DNA of 64,000 nucleotides from Myxococcota bacterium (GTDB taxonomy: Bacteria > Myxococcota_A > UBA796 > SXON01): the NCBI GenBank assembly GCA_040386535.1, contig JAZKFH010000039.1, forward strand, positions 1 through 64,000, written 5' to 3'. Position 1 is the stretch's first letter. Each line of letters opens with the position of its first letter. Shown here in pieces: positions 9,616 through 19,153 of the stretch. The notes under the pieces were generated by a model. It did no database searches and was not told the DNA's origin. It worked only from the letters and a program-made list of their open reading frames with translations. Position numbers and translations under genes: made by a program.

Positions 9616-10041
9616 ATGCGGACGACGTACGCGAGGGGGCTGCTGACGGTCCTGCTGCTCCTGGGGTGCAATCCGGCGGCGCCGGAGGCCCCCGCGGCCG
9701 CTGTCACCGATCCCGCCGCGCTCGAAGCCCGCCGCGTGGCCCTGCGCGACCAGCTCAAGGCGCTCGTGGGGGACCTGACCACGGCCGGCCGCTACGACTG
9801 TTGTGTCGAGGCGCCGTGCAACTTGTGCGCGATGCGCGCGGGCGGATGCAAGTGTGGCGAGGGCCTGCGCAACGGGGAGCCGGTGTGTGAGGAGTGCGCC
9901 ATGATGTGGCGCCGTGGCAACGGGGCCGAGCCGGGCGTGGACGCGGCCTCGGTGCGGAGTTTTCTCGAGGCCGAGCGGGAGATGGTCGACGCGGCGAAGG
10001 GCGAGGCGGCGGGGTGCAGCTGCAAGGAGCACGTGCAGTAG
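9616..10041 (+). CDS. Cys-rich lipoprotein of unknown function
   Basis: LLGC lipobox; YDCC-x4-CxxC-x6-CxC-x10-CxxC; GGAGG before ATG. Confidence 0.7.
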   Translation: MRTTYARGLLTVLLLLGCNPAAPEAPAAAVTDPAALEARRVALRDQLKALVGDLTTAGRYDCCVEAPCNLCAMRAGGCKCGEGLRNGEPVCEECAMMWRRGNGAEPGVDAASVRSFLEAEREMVDAAKGEAAGCSCKEHVQ

Positions 10042-10138
10042 CGCCGGCGGAGGAGCGCCCGCGGAGGAGCGCGCGAGGGGAGCGGCGGGTTCTCGGCTTT
10101 CCCCGCGCTTACATCCGTTGGCAGGGAGGGGCCTGCTC

Positions 10139-11779
10139 GTGCTTCGTACGGGGAGAGCGTGGGTGTGGGCGGTGGCGCTCGGGTGCCACGGCGGCGATCC
10201 CGCCGAGGCGGAGCTCCTCGAGACCGACCCGCGGGTCGAGCTCGGCAGCGACGTGGGCGCGCTCACGCGGTTGAGCCTCGATCTGCGCGGCGTGCGTCCG
10301 ACCGTGGCGGAGATCGAGGCGGTCGAGGCCGAGCCCATCGACGCCGCGGCGTGGTCCGAGCGTGTGGCGGCGTACCTTCACGACCCCGGCTTCGGGCCTC
10401 GCGTGCGCGATCTGTTCGCTGGGATCTACCTCACCCGCCAGGACGGCTACCCCTACGCGGCCGCGGACTTCGGCGTGAGCGATCCCGCGGCGTTCGTAGC
10501 CGCTGTCGGGGACGAGCCGCTGCGGATCCTCTCCAGCCTGGCGGAGGCGGATCTGCCGTACACCGACATCGTGACCGCGGAGTGGACGATGGCGGACGAG
10601 TTTGCCGCGGCGGCCGCGCCCGTGGACTACCCCGACGGGGCGAGCGGGTGGCAGATGGTGCGCTACACGGACGGTCGGCCGGCGGCGGGAGTCCTGGCTA
10701 CCAACGGGTTCTGGTGGCACTACACCACGAGCAATTCCAACCTCAATCGTGGGCGCGCGAACGCCATCAGTCGCGTGCTGCTGTGTCAGGACTACCTGAC
10801 GCTGCCGGTCACGTTCGATCGATCGGTCGATCTGCTCGACGCGGACGCGGTCGCCGACGCGTTGACCACCAACCCGGGGTGTGTGTCGTGCCACGCCACG
10901 TTGGATCCGTTGGCGTCGTATCTGTACGGCTTCTTTCCGTTGGGAGGGGACACGGTGGCGGACGCGGCGAGCTGGCACGCCGAGCGGACGTCGCTCTGGC
11001 GGATCGCGACCGGGGTGGCGCCGGCCTACCAAGGGGAATCGGGCGAGACGTTGGGGGATCTGGGGCGTCAGATCGCGGCGGATCCGCGGCTCACGGCGTG
11101 TGTCACGGAGCAGGTGTACGGGATGTTGCACGGGGAGGAGGCCGAGGACGCGGAGGTGTTGGCGGACCACCACCGGGAGCTGCTCGCGGGTGGGATCACC
11201 CTCCGCGCGTTGTTTGGATCCGTGGCGGGGGCCGAGCGCTACCGGGTCGGGAGGCACGGAATCGAGGGAGAGGCCACCTACGCCGCGAAGATGCTCTCGG
11301 TCGAGCAGCTCGGCACGGTGGTGGAAGACCTCACGGGGTTCCGCTTCACCCACCAGGGCTACGACCTGCTCGGCAGCGACACCTACGGGGTGCGCACGCT
11401 CGCGGGCGGGGCCGACGGCGTGTTCTCCACTCGACCCGCCACGGAGCCGAGCGCCACGTCCGTGCTGGTCCAGGCGCGGTTGGCCCAAGCCGCCGCCTGG
11501 TACGTGGCCGCCCACGACCGCGACCACCAGGACGAGGCCCGGCTCTTCACCCTCGTCGACTTCACCGAGACCCCGGCCACCGGCACCCCCGTCATGGCGC
11601 GGCAGCTCCAGGCCTTGCGTCTGCGCGTCCTCGGGGCGCGCGTGGCGGAGGGGGGCCCCGAGGTCACTGCGGACCTCGCGCTGTGGGCGGACCTGTACGC
11701 CCTCGACGCAGATCCGGTCGCCGCCTGGGCCGGGGTGCTCTCCGTGCTCCTCCGCGATCCGACCTTTCTCGTCTACTGA
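10139..11779 (+). CDS. DUF1585/DUF1588-like c-type cytochrome protein (DUF1501 partner)
   Basis: RLSLDLRGVRP, GVLAT, RANAISRVLLC, CVSCH heme-binding motif followed by LDP; start inferred. Confidence 0.75.
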   Translation: MLRTGRAWVWAVALGCHGGDPAEAELLETDPRVELGSDVGALTRLSLDLRGVRPTVAEIEAVEAEPIDAAAWSERVAAYLHDPGFGPRVRDLFAGIYLTRQDGYPYAAADFGVSDPAAFVAAVGDEPLRILSSLAEADLPYTDIVTAEWTMADEFAAAAAPVDYPDGASGWQMVRYTDGRPAAGVLATNGFWWHYTTSNSNLNRGRANAISRVLLCQDYLTLPVTFDRSVDLLDADAVADALTTNPGCVSCHATLDPLASYLYGFFPLGGDTVADAASWHAERTSLWRIATGVAPAYQGESGETLGDLGRQIAADPRLTACVTEQVYGMLHGEEAEDAEVLADHHRELLAGGITLRALFGSVAGAERYRVGRHGIEGEATYAAKMLSVEQLGTVVEDLTGFRFTHQGYDLLGSDTYGVRTLAGGADGVFSTRPATEPSATSVLVQARLAQAAAWYVAAHDRDHQDEARLFTLVDFTETPATGTPVMARQLQALRLRVLGARVAEGGPEVTADLALWADLYALDADPVAAWAGVLSVLLRDPTFLVY

Positions 11780-11803
11780 ACCGGTCCCAGGAGGTCCTCC
11801 CGC

Positions 11804-13078
11804 ATGCTGAGCCGCCGTCGCCTCCTCCGCGCAACGTCCGGGCTCCTGGGCGCCGTCGGGCTCGGCCTCGTGGGCGCACCCGCGCGCGCCGCGCTCCCGC
11901 TCCCGCGTGGCACCGGGCGCCTGCTCAAGTTCCTGTTCGTCGTGAACTTCGGCGGGTGGGACCCGACCCGGGTGTTCGCGCCTGCGTTCGGCAACCCCGA
12001 CGTGACGATGGAGGTCGAGGCGACCGAGGGCGCCGTCGGGGAGTTGCGGTACGTGGACCACCCCGCTCGGCCGAGCGTACGCGCGTTCTTCGAGACCTAT
12101 GCCGCCCGGGCCGTCGTGTTGAATGGGGTGCTCGTGCCGTCGGTGGCGCACGACGCGTGCCTGCGCCTCGGCCTCACCGGCGGCGTAGGGCCCGATCGCC
12201 CGGACTGGGGCGCGATCCTCGGGGCGGCGCGGTCGGCCGACTTTCCGCTGCCCCAGGTCGTCATCGGCGGGCCCTCGTACCCCGGCGCATACGGCGCGTT
12301 CGTGACCCGCACGGGCACCAACCCCCAGCTCGCGGCGCTCCTCGACGGGAACATCGCCGCGTGGAGCGACGTGCCGGTCGGGCGCCCCACCGCGGGCGCG
12401 GACGCGATCATGGACGCCGCGCTCGAACAACGCGTCGCCGCCGCGGTCCTCGCGGCACGGCCGGGCCGGGAGGCGGCGCTGACGGAGGGGCTTCGGACGG
12501 CGCTCGACCGGGCGGGGCAGCTAAAAGCGCTGGGGGACACGGTGGCGTGGAACACCGCCACCTTCGACGGCCAGCTCGCGCTCGCCGTCGATCTGTTGGC
12601 GTTGGGGGTGGCACGCGTGGCGACGGTGTCGTTCGAAGCCTGGCCGTGGGACACCCATGTCGCCAACACCGCGCGCCAGTCCGACAACTTCGAGCGCCTG
12701 TTCGGGTACCTCCTCCGCCTCGTGGACAAGCTCGAGGAGACGCCGGGCGAGGCGGGGGGCACGCTCGCGGAGGAGACCGTGCTGGTGGTGCTCTCTGAGA
12801 TGGGGCGGGCTCCGCTGGAGAACGTGGACGGCGGAAAGGACCACTGGCCCTGCACGAGCGTGTTGCTGGTGGGGCCGGGCGTCGCCGGAGGGCGGGTGAT
12901 CGGAGCGTTCGACCCGCTGTTCTACGGGCATCCGGTGGATCTCGCCTCGGGGGAGGTGACGGAGGGGGGCGTGTCCCTCGACGCGGCGACGGTGGGGGCC
13001 ACGTTGCTCCGGCTCGGGGAGGTCGATCCGGCCGCGCACCTCGCCGGGGTGCCGGTGGTGACGGCGGTCCTGGGGTAG
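11804..13078 (+). CDS. DUF1501-family Tat-exported protein
   Basis: LSRRRLL twin-arginine signal, GGWD, WDTH, SEMGR, GKDHWP. Confidence 0.85.
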   Translation: MLSRRRLLRATSGLLGAVGLGLVGAPARAALPLPRGTGRLLKFLFVVNFGGWDPTRVFAPAFGNPDVTMEVEATEGAVGELRYVDHPARPSVRAFFETYAARAVVLNGVLVPSVAHDACLRLGLTGGVGPDRPDWGAILGAARSADFPLPQVVIGGPSYPGAYGAFVTRTGTNPQLAALLDGNIAAWSDVPVGRPTAGADAIMDAALEQRVAAAVLAARPGREAALTEGLRTALDRAGQLKALGDTVAWNTATFDGQLALAVDLLALGVARVATVSFEAWPWDTHVANTARQSDNFERLFGYLLRLVDKLEETPGEAGGTLAEETVLVVLSEMGRAPLENVDGGKDHWPCTSVLLVGPGVAGGRVIGAFDPLFYGHPVDLASGEVTEGGVSLDAATVGATLLRLGEVDPAAHLAGVPVVTAVLG

Positions 13079-13135
13079 GTGTCGCGGGCGCGCGGGTCAT
13101 CGGCCGGAGATAGCGTGTGCTCCGGAGTCTTCCGG

Positions 13136-14230
13136 TTGCGCATCCTCCACCTGTACCGACCACGCGTGCCCGCCACCCGCGCGCAGAGCGTGCAGGTCGT
13201 GCACACGTGCCACGCGTTGGCGAGGCGTGGCCACACGGTCACGCTGCTCGGCGATCGCGCCGACGTCGCGGCCGCGGGGGCCGCGGGGCTCGCGGCGGGC
13301 GCGGATCCGGGGGATCCGACGGCCGCCCTGCGCGCGTACGGCCTGGACCACCCGGAGGGGCTCGATCTGCGCATCGCGCCCGTGGTGTGGGCGCCCGGCG
13401 CCGGGTGGTGGTTCCGGTGGCAGGTGCGCCGCTGGGAGGGGGACGTGGTCTATGCGCGGGCGAAGCGCTACGTCGCGCGCATCCCGACGCGGGTTCCGGT
13501 GGTGATCGAGGCGCACGAGGTCGACTCGGCGCTCGCGCGGGAGCGGGGGGAGAACCCGGCGGCGATGCTGCGGCTCGAAGCGGCGGTGTACCGCCGCGCG
13601 GCGGGGGTGGTGGCCAACTGTGGCGGCACGCTCGCGCTGCTCGAGGCTACCCACACGCTTCCCTCACGACGCGTCGTGATCCACAACGCCACGCGGGCGG
13701 ACCGGGCGCTGCTCTCTACCGGCGGGGCGCCCGCGCCCGCGGCGAGTCCCGTCGTCGGCTACACGGGCTCGCCACGCGCCTACAAGGGGCTCGCCACCGT
13801 GCTCGCCTCGCTCCCGTCGTGGCCGGCGGGCGCGCGGCTGGAGCTCGTCGGTGGGGCGCCCGAGGGCGCGGTGCTGCCGCCGAACGTCACCGCGCTCCCG
13901 CCGGTGGCCTACGGCGCGCTCCCCGCCCACCTCGCGCGCTACCACGCGCTGCTCCTGCCGCTCGACGACAACCTGTTCGGCCGCGCGCTCACGTCGCCGC
14001 TCAAGCTCTGGGACTACCTCGCCACGGGCATCCCCATCGTGGCGGCCGACCTCCCCACGACCCGCGAGATCGGCGGCGACACGCTGCACTACTACCCCCC
14101 GGGCGATCCGTCGGGCCTCGCCGCGGCCGTGGCCCGCGCGCTCGTGGCCCCGCGCCCGGCGCCGCGCCTGCGCACCTGGGACGACCGCGCGGCCGAGATC
14201 GAGCGGTTCCTGCACGAGTGCCTGCGGTGA
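13136..14230 (+). CDS. GT4 glycosyltransferase
   Basis: AQSVQV, EAH, GYTGS...YKG, SPLKLWDYLATGIPIVAAD; TTG start inferred. Confidence 0.85.
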   Translation: MRILHLYRPRVPATRAQSVQVVHTCHALARRGHTVTLLGDRADVAAAGAAGLAAGADPGDPTAALRAYGLDHPEGLDLRIAPVVWAPGAGWWFRWQVRRWEGDVVYARAKRYVARIPTRVPVVIEAHEVDSALARERGENPAAMLRLEAAVYRRAAGVVANCGGTLALLEATHTLPSRRVVIHNATRADRALLSTGGAPAPAASPVVGYTGSPRAYKGLATVLASLPSWPAGARLELVGGAPEGAVLPPNVTALPPVAYGALPAHLARYHALLLPLDDNLFGRALTSPLKLWDYLATGIPIVAADLPTTREIGGDTLHYYPPGDPSGLAAAVARALVAPRPAPRLRTWDDRAAEIERFLHECLR

Positions 14231-15288
14231 TCCTCTATGTGTTGCGGTATTGGCCGACGCTCACCGAGACCTTCGTCCACGACGAGATCGCGGCCATCGC
14301 ACGGCGGGCGCCGGTCGCCATCGCGGCGTTCGATCCCCGCGGCGACCCGTTCGTGGCCCCGGCGCCGGCCCCGGTGCACGCCCGGCCGCACCGCTGGGGT
14401 TGGCTACGTGCGGCGCCCGCGCTGCTCCGGGAGTGGCTCCGCGCCCCGGCCATGCTCTCGCCGCGCGTTCTCTGGCTCACGACGATCGTGCGCCGGGCAC
14501 GTCGGGTCCATGTCCACTTCGCGGGCGAGGCCGCGGGCTGGGCGCGGGTGGCGTGCCGGCGCGCGGGGGTGCCGTACGGGGTCACGGTGCACGCGGTCGA
14601 TCTGTGGAAGCCGCACCCCGGGCTCGCCGACGTGCTGCGCGACGCGGACCTCGTGGTCACCATCTCCGAGCACAACCGCGCGGCGCTCCGGGCGCGCTAC
14701 GACATCGACGCCGTCGTGGTCCGTTGCGGGGTCGACCTCGGCGTCCCGCGCGGTGTGCCCTCCAATCCGCCCGTGATCCTGGCGGTCGGGCGGTGGGTTC
14801 CCAAGAAGGGGCTCGACACCCTCGCGGCCGCCGCGTTGCTCCTCGGCGAACGTGCGCGCGTGCGGATGCTCTCCGACGCGCCGGCGTTGCCCGGGGTCGA
14901 CGTCCGCGGCCTCCGCCCCCGCGCCGACGTGGGCGCCGAGCTCGCCGCAGCCACGATCTTCGCGCTCCCGTGCCGACGCGCGCCCGACGGCGACCAGGAC
15001 GGCATCCCCGTGGCCCTGCTCGAAGCGATGGCGGCGGGGCTCCCCGTCGTGACCACCGCCGTGTCGGGCCTGCCCGAGATCGCCGACGAGGCGGTGGGGT
15101 GGATCGTCCCACCCGACGACTCGGCGGCGCTCGCGGCGGCGCTCCTCGCGGCGCTGGACGATCCCGCCGAGGCCACCCGACGGGGCGCGGCCGGGCGCGC
15201 GCGGCTGGCGGAGCGGGGCTTTGTCGCCGCGGACACGCATGCCGCGATGGCGCGCCTCCTCGGCATCTCGGGTGACGGGCTCGGGTGA
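14227..15288 (+). CDS. GT4 glycosyltransferase (WcaL-like)
   Basis: TETFV, HVHF, TVHAVD, VGRWVPKKG, DGIPVALLEAMAAGLPVV; GTGA overlap with the upstream gene. Confidence 0.85.
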   Translation: MILYVLRYWPTLTETFVHDEIAAIARRAPVAIAAFDPRGDPFVAPAPAPVHARPHRWGWLRAAPALLREWLRAPAMLSPRVLWLTTIVRRARRVHVHFAGEAAGWARVACRRAGVPYGVTVHAVDLWKPHPGLADVLRDADLVVTISEHNRAALRARYDIDAVVVRCGVDLGVPRGVPSNPPVILAVGRWVPKKGLDTLAAAALLLGERARVRMLSDAPALPGVDVRGLRPRADVGAELAAATIFALPCRRAPDGDQDGIPVALLEAMAAGLPVVTTAVSGLPEIADEAVGWIVPPDDSAALAAALLAALDDPAEATRRGAAGRARLAERGFVAADTHAAMARLLGISGDGLG

Positions 15289-15333
15289 CGGGGCGGGCGC
15301 GCTCGGCTATGGTGCGCCCCGTTCGAGGTAGCC

Positions 15334-16182
15334 ATGATCTTCGCCCTCACGTTGCTCGGCTGTACGGCCTGGATCGATCAAGAGCCGGCGTGTGACCAGG
15401 ACATCTACTACTGGTCCGACGATCTGCTCGCCTTCGTCCTCACCGGGGATGGCTCCGGAGAGTTCGCGTTCGACCCGGAAGACGCGCCGCGCACCGAGAT
15501 CGCGGGCAGCTACGCCACCGGTGAAGGCGACTTCGACTGGGTGACCAAGCACGACGCCGCGTACTACATCCGCCGTACGGAAGCGGAAGGGTTCGGCACC
15601 GTCTTCCACAACGGCAACCTCGACCTCCTCTTCACCGAAACCGTCACCGACATGCTCGGGGACGTGTTCGAGACCGACTACCGCGTCCAGCGCACCGGCT
15701 GCGACATGACGATCGCCTCGTGGGACTCCTCGGGAGACATCGAAGACGCGGTGGTGATGTCGGGCAGCTACTCCGACGACTCGGTGTGGAGCTGGGAGGC
15801 CAACGTGGCCGACTACACCTACACGGGCTCGCTCCGGCAGAACCTGAACCGCACGACCTTGCTCGACGCGGATGACGGCAGCTACTGGGCCTTCACCACC
15901 TCGAAGCCCGATGGCGAGACCACCCAGGAGTGGACCGGGGACTGTGGCGAAGGCCTCACGTGTGAGGGCACCTCCACCCGCCACTTCGACGGCTCGCTGG
16001 AGAGCACCCTGACGGCGTTCGAGGGGAGCGACGTGTACGCCGAGAGCGTCGGCAGCTTCGCGTACGACGGCTCGGGCGTCGAGACGATCACCTACGTGGG
16101 CGGCCCGACGTGTGACTTCGAGTACGACGACGACGGGGACTGCGAGTTCGACTGCGACGACGGGACCGACGGCGCCTGCTGA
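15334..16182 (+). CDS. Acidic beta-rich lipoprotein of unknown function
   Basis: MIFALTLLGC lipobox, D/E/T/G-rich, paired Cys at the C-terminus. Confidence 0.7.
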   Translation: MIFALTLLGCTAWIDQEPACDQDIYYWSDDLLAFVLTGDGSGEFAFDPEDAPRTEIAGSYATGEGDFDWVTKHDAAYYIRRTEAEGFGTVFHNGNLDLLFTETVTDMLGDVFETDYRVQRTGCDMTIASWDSSGDIEDAVVMSGSYSDDSVWSWEANVADYTYTGSLRQNLNRTTLLDADDGSYWAFTTSKPDGETTQEWTGDCGEGLTCEGTSTRHFDGSLESTLTAFEGSDVYAESVGSFAYDGSGVETITYVGGPTCDFEYDDDGDCEFDCDDGTDGAC

Positions 16183-16194
16183 GTCGCTGAACGG

Positions 16195-17064
16195 TCAGTC
16201 CCACGCGCAGCGGAAGCCGATCGTCTCGCTGCGCGCGGTGGCGGGCACCTCCCGGGTGACGCCGAGCTCGTCGGAGAGCGACACGAAGCTGCCCCCGGCC
16301 ACGGTGCCGTCGGCGAGCCACTCCTCCACGTTGCCGTCGAGGTCCTGGTGGCCGGCGGCGCCGGTGTATGGCGTGAGCCCGGCGAGCGCGCGGGCGGCGT
16401 CGCCCGTGGGGGAGGAGCCGAGGCGCGCGCGCGTGTCGTTGGCAACCGGGGTGCCGGTGGCGTCGACCCGGGCAGAGGCCCACTCCGCCTTCGTGGGGAG
16501 CCGCCCCCCCGCCCAGGCGCAGATGGCGCCGGCCTCGGCGAGGGTGACGTAGCGCGCGGGGCCGTCCTCATGGCCCGCGGAGGCGGCGGGCACGTCGAGG
16601 AAGAGCTCGAGCCCGTGGAGCAGCTCGATCGTGGCCCACGGGGCCTCCCGGCGGTCCAGGCGCTTGGCGGAGCCGGCGGGTACGAGCGGCGCGTCGGGGG
16701 GGGCGCACGTGGGGTAGGGGAGCACCACGATCTCGACCGCGCCGACCGTGTAGGGCACCTCGACGGGGCCGCAGCCCGCCCGCGACACGACGGCGACGCC
16801 GGGGCCCGGCGGGAGGAGGGCGCGCCAGCGGCGGGCGCCGGCGGCATCCCGCACGTCGCCGACCGCCGGTGGGGACAGGAGAACGTCGTCGGGGGCGGGG
16901 GCGCTCACCCAGCCGTCGCCCGCGTCGTGGCCACGTTCGAGCACGATCTCTACCGCTCGGGCGGACGCCGGGGCGGGGACCGCGACCGGCGCGGCGGGCG
17001 TCGGAGCGTCGGGGGCCGGCGCGTCGCCACACCCGGTCACCCACGTCAGGAGCAGTACGGTCAT
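16195..17064 (-). CDS. Lipoprotein with formylglycine-generating enzyme (SUMF1)-like domain
   Basis: CAWAGGRLPTKAEW, DLDGNVEEW, GGSF, IGFRC. Confidence 0.8.
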   Translation of the reverse strand: MTVLLLTWVTGCGDAPAPDAPTPAAPVAVPAPASARAVEIVLERGHDAGDGWVSAPAPDDVLLSPPAVGDVRDAAGARRWRALLPPGPGVAVVSRAGCGPVEVPYTVGAVEIVVLPYPTCAPPDAPLVPAGSAKRLDRREAPWATIELLHGLELFLDVPAASAGHEDGPARYVTLAEAGAICAWAGGRLPTKAEWASARVDATGTPVANDTRARLGSSPTGDAARALAGLTPYTGAAGHQDLDGNVEEWLADGTVAGGSFVSLSDELGVTREVPATARSETIGFRCAWD

Positions 17065-17096
17065 GCAGGGCGGGTTAGCATGAGCGCCGGGAGCGC

Positions 17097-17561
17097 GTGT
17101 TGGGGCTGAGAGACCGCCTACGTGGGATCCTCGGTCGGGAACGCCCGGCTGGCGCTGCCATGCCCGGAACGAACGGTTCCGCAGGTTTGCCCGGCACGGC
17201 GCCGCGCTCCGTGTCGCTGCGGGTCGCGTCGACCGCCCCGGGGGGCCTCGCCGTGGGCGCTACCGGCGGCCCGCGTGCCCTGGCGATCGCGGACCTCGAT
17301 GCCGCCGCGCTGATCGTCGGGACCTCGGGCGTTCGTCCCGTCGGCGCCCCGCTGCTCGTCGGGGCGCAGATCGGGACCTTCGCCCGGAGCGCGGCCCCGG
17401 GCCGTCCCGTGGTGGTGGTGGGGGTAGACGACGAGGCGGCCGCCGCGGTCTCGGAGCGCCTCTCGGCGCTGGGGATCGACGCGGGCTGGCTATTCGGTGG
17501 GGTAGGGGCATGGAAGGCCGCCGGGCGGGCCCTCCTCGGACCGGCTGAGGAGGCCACATGA
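17097..17561 (+). CDS. Degenerate rhodanese-like protein
   Basis: PVVVVG...LSALGI...LFGGVGAWKAAG resembles the rhodanese C-terminus; no catalytic Cys; ATGA overlap with yicC. Confidence 0.55.
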   Translation: MLGLRDRLRGILGRERPAGAAMPGTNGSAGLPGTAPRSVSLRVASTAPGGLAVGATGGPRALAIADLDAAALIVGTSGVRPVGAPLLVGAQIGTFARSAAPGRPVVVVGVDDEAAAAVSERLSALGIDAGWLFGGVGAWKAAGRALLGPAEEAT

Positions 17562-18430
17562 ACTCGATGACCGGCTTCGGACGGGGAGAGGCGAGCAACG
17601 GCGCCCTCACCGTCGTGGTCGAAATCAAGACGGTCAACAACCGCTTCCGTGACCTCCAGGTCCGGGTGCCCCGCGAGTACAACGTGCTCGAACCGCGCAT
17701 CCTGAACCTGCTGCGCGAGGGCGTGCAGCGCGGCCGCGTCGAGGCGATGGTGCGGCGCAGCTCGGTCGAGGGCTCTACGCGCGTCGTGGTCGACCTCGCG
17801 TTGGTCGACCAGTACCGGCGCGCCATGGCGGAGATCGCGCGGCGCGTCCAGCGCGACGTGAGCGAGATCCCGCTCTCCGCGATCATCGCGCAGCCCGGCG
17901 TGCTGCTCACCGGCGAGGCCGAGGCCGACGCGCTCGCCGAGTGGGACCTCTGCGAGGTCGCCGTGCAGTCCGCGCTCTCCGACCTCGCGATCATGCGGGC
18001 CACCGAGGGGAACGCGCTCGCGCTCGACCTGCGCAAGAACCTCGACACGCTCCTGCGCCTCTGCGCCGAGGTGGCCGAGTCGGCGGAGGGCGTGGCGGAC
18101 CGCATCCGGCATCGCCTGGAGGAGCGCCTGTCCCGGCTGATGAACGATCGCGTCGACCCCGCGCGCCTCGCTCAAGAGGTCGCCATCCTGGCCGACAAGT
18201 CGGACATCTCCGAGGAGATCACCCGCCTCGGGAGCCACTGCGAGCAGTTCGCGCAGGCGCTCGTTGCGGACGATCCGGTGGGGAGGAAGCTCGATTTCCT
18301 CCTGCAGGAGATGAACCGCGAGATCAACACGGTCGGCAGCAAGGCCGCCGAGCACCCCGTGGCCGCGCGGGTGCTGGAGATGAAGAGTGTGCTCGAGCGG
18401 ATGCGCGAGCAGGCCGCGAACGTCGAATGA
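17558..18430 (+). CDS. yicC: YicC/YloC family endoribonuclease
   Basis: MNSMTGFGR start, DISEEITRL, GRKLDFLLQEMNREINTVGSK, REQAANVE end. Confidence 0.93.
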   Translation: MNSMTGFGRGEASNGALTVVVEIKTVNNRFRDLQVRVPREYNVLEPRILNLLREGVQRGRVEAMVRRSSVEGSTRVVVDLALVDQYRRAMAEIARRVQRDVSEIPLSAIIAQPGVLLTGEAEADALAEWDLCEVAVQSALSDLAIMRATEGNALALDLRKNLDTLLRLCAEVAESAEGVADRIRHRLEERLSRLMNDRVDPARLAQEVAILADKSDISEEITRLGSHCEQFAQALVADDPVGRKLDFLLQEMNREINTVGSKAAEHPVAARVLEMKSVLERMREQAANVE

Positions 18431-19125
18431 AGGCCGCCGGAACGAAGACGAATGTGGGGAATGGCCGTGGACCCGAGGATTTCTCGATGATGTTGGAGGG
18501 ATGGGCGGCGCCCGACTTCGGCGCCCTCTTCGTCGTTTCCGGGGCCTCGGGCACGGGCAAGACCACGCTGTTGCACGCCGCGCTGGACCGGGTGCCGGGC
18601 CTGGAGTTCTCGGTCTCGGCGACCACCCGGGCGCCCCGTAAGGGCGAGCGCGACGGGGTGGACTACCACTTCGTCAATCCCGACGAGTACCGGGAGATGG
18701 TGGGCCGGAACGAGCTCCTCGAGCACGCCGAGGTGTACGGCACGATGTACGGCACCCCCCGCGCGCCCGTGTTCGCCGCGCTCCGGGAGGGCCGCTCCAT
18801 CGTGCTCGACATCGACGTGCAGGGCGCGGGCCAGGTGCGCGCCGTGTACCCCGAGGCGGTCACCATCTTCGTGCTTCCGCCGCGGATCGAGGTCATCCGG
18901 CAGCGGCTCGAGGCGCGGGGCAAGGACGGGCCGGAGGTCGTCGAGCGCCGTATTCGGGACGCAACCGAGCAGATCGCGCGTTGTGGGGAGTATGACTACC
19001 TCGTGATGAATGACGTGCTCGACACGGCGCACGCCCAGCTCCAAGGGATCTTTCTCGCGGAGTTGTCGAGGCGTTCCCGGCGGAGTTCCTGGGTGCGCGC
19101 CCTTACCGGCGGTGCCGGCGCTTGA
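18427..19125 (+). CDS. gmk: Guanylate kinase
   Basis: SGASGTGKTT P-loop, SVSATTRAPRKGERDGVDYHF, YGT, LDIDVQGA; start may be ~60 nt later. Confidence 0.95.
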   Translation: MKAAGTKTNVGNGRGPEDFSMMLEGWAAPDFGALFVVSGASGTGKTTLLHAALDRVPGLEFSVSATTRAPRKGERDGVDYHFVNPDEYREMVGRNELLEHAEVYGTMYGTPRAPVFAALREGRSIVLDIDVQGAGQVRAVYPEAVTIFVLPPRIEVIRQRLEARGKDGPEVVERRIRDATEQIARCGEYDYLVMNDVLDTAHAQLQGIFLAELSRRSRRSSWVRALTGGAGA

Positions 19126-19153
19126 CAACTCCTAGACGCGGGCGCAAAGACTG

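Noticed and set aside
17941..19125. 394-aa extended Gmk and similar N-terminal extensions in the ORF track (13117, 30132, 32449, 34259, 50275)
   Set aside because: The extensions overlap upstream genes out of frame; real starts sit at stop/start overlaps, so they are not fusions.
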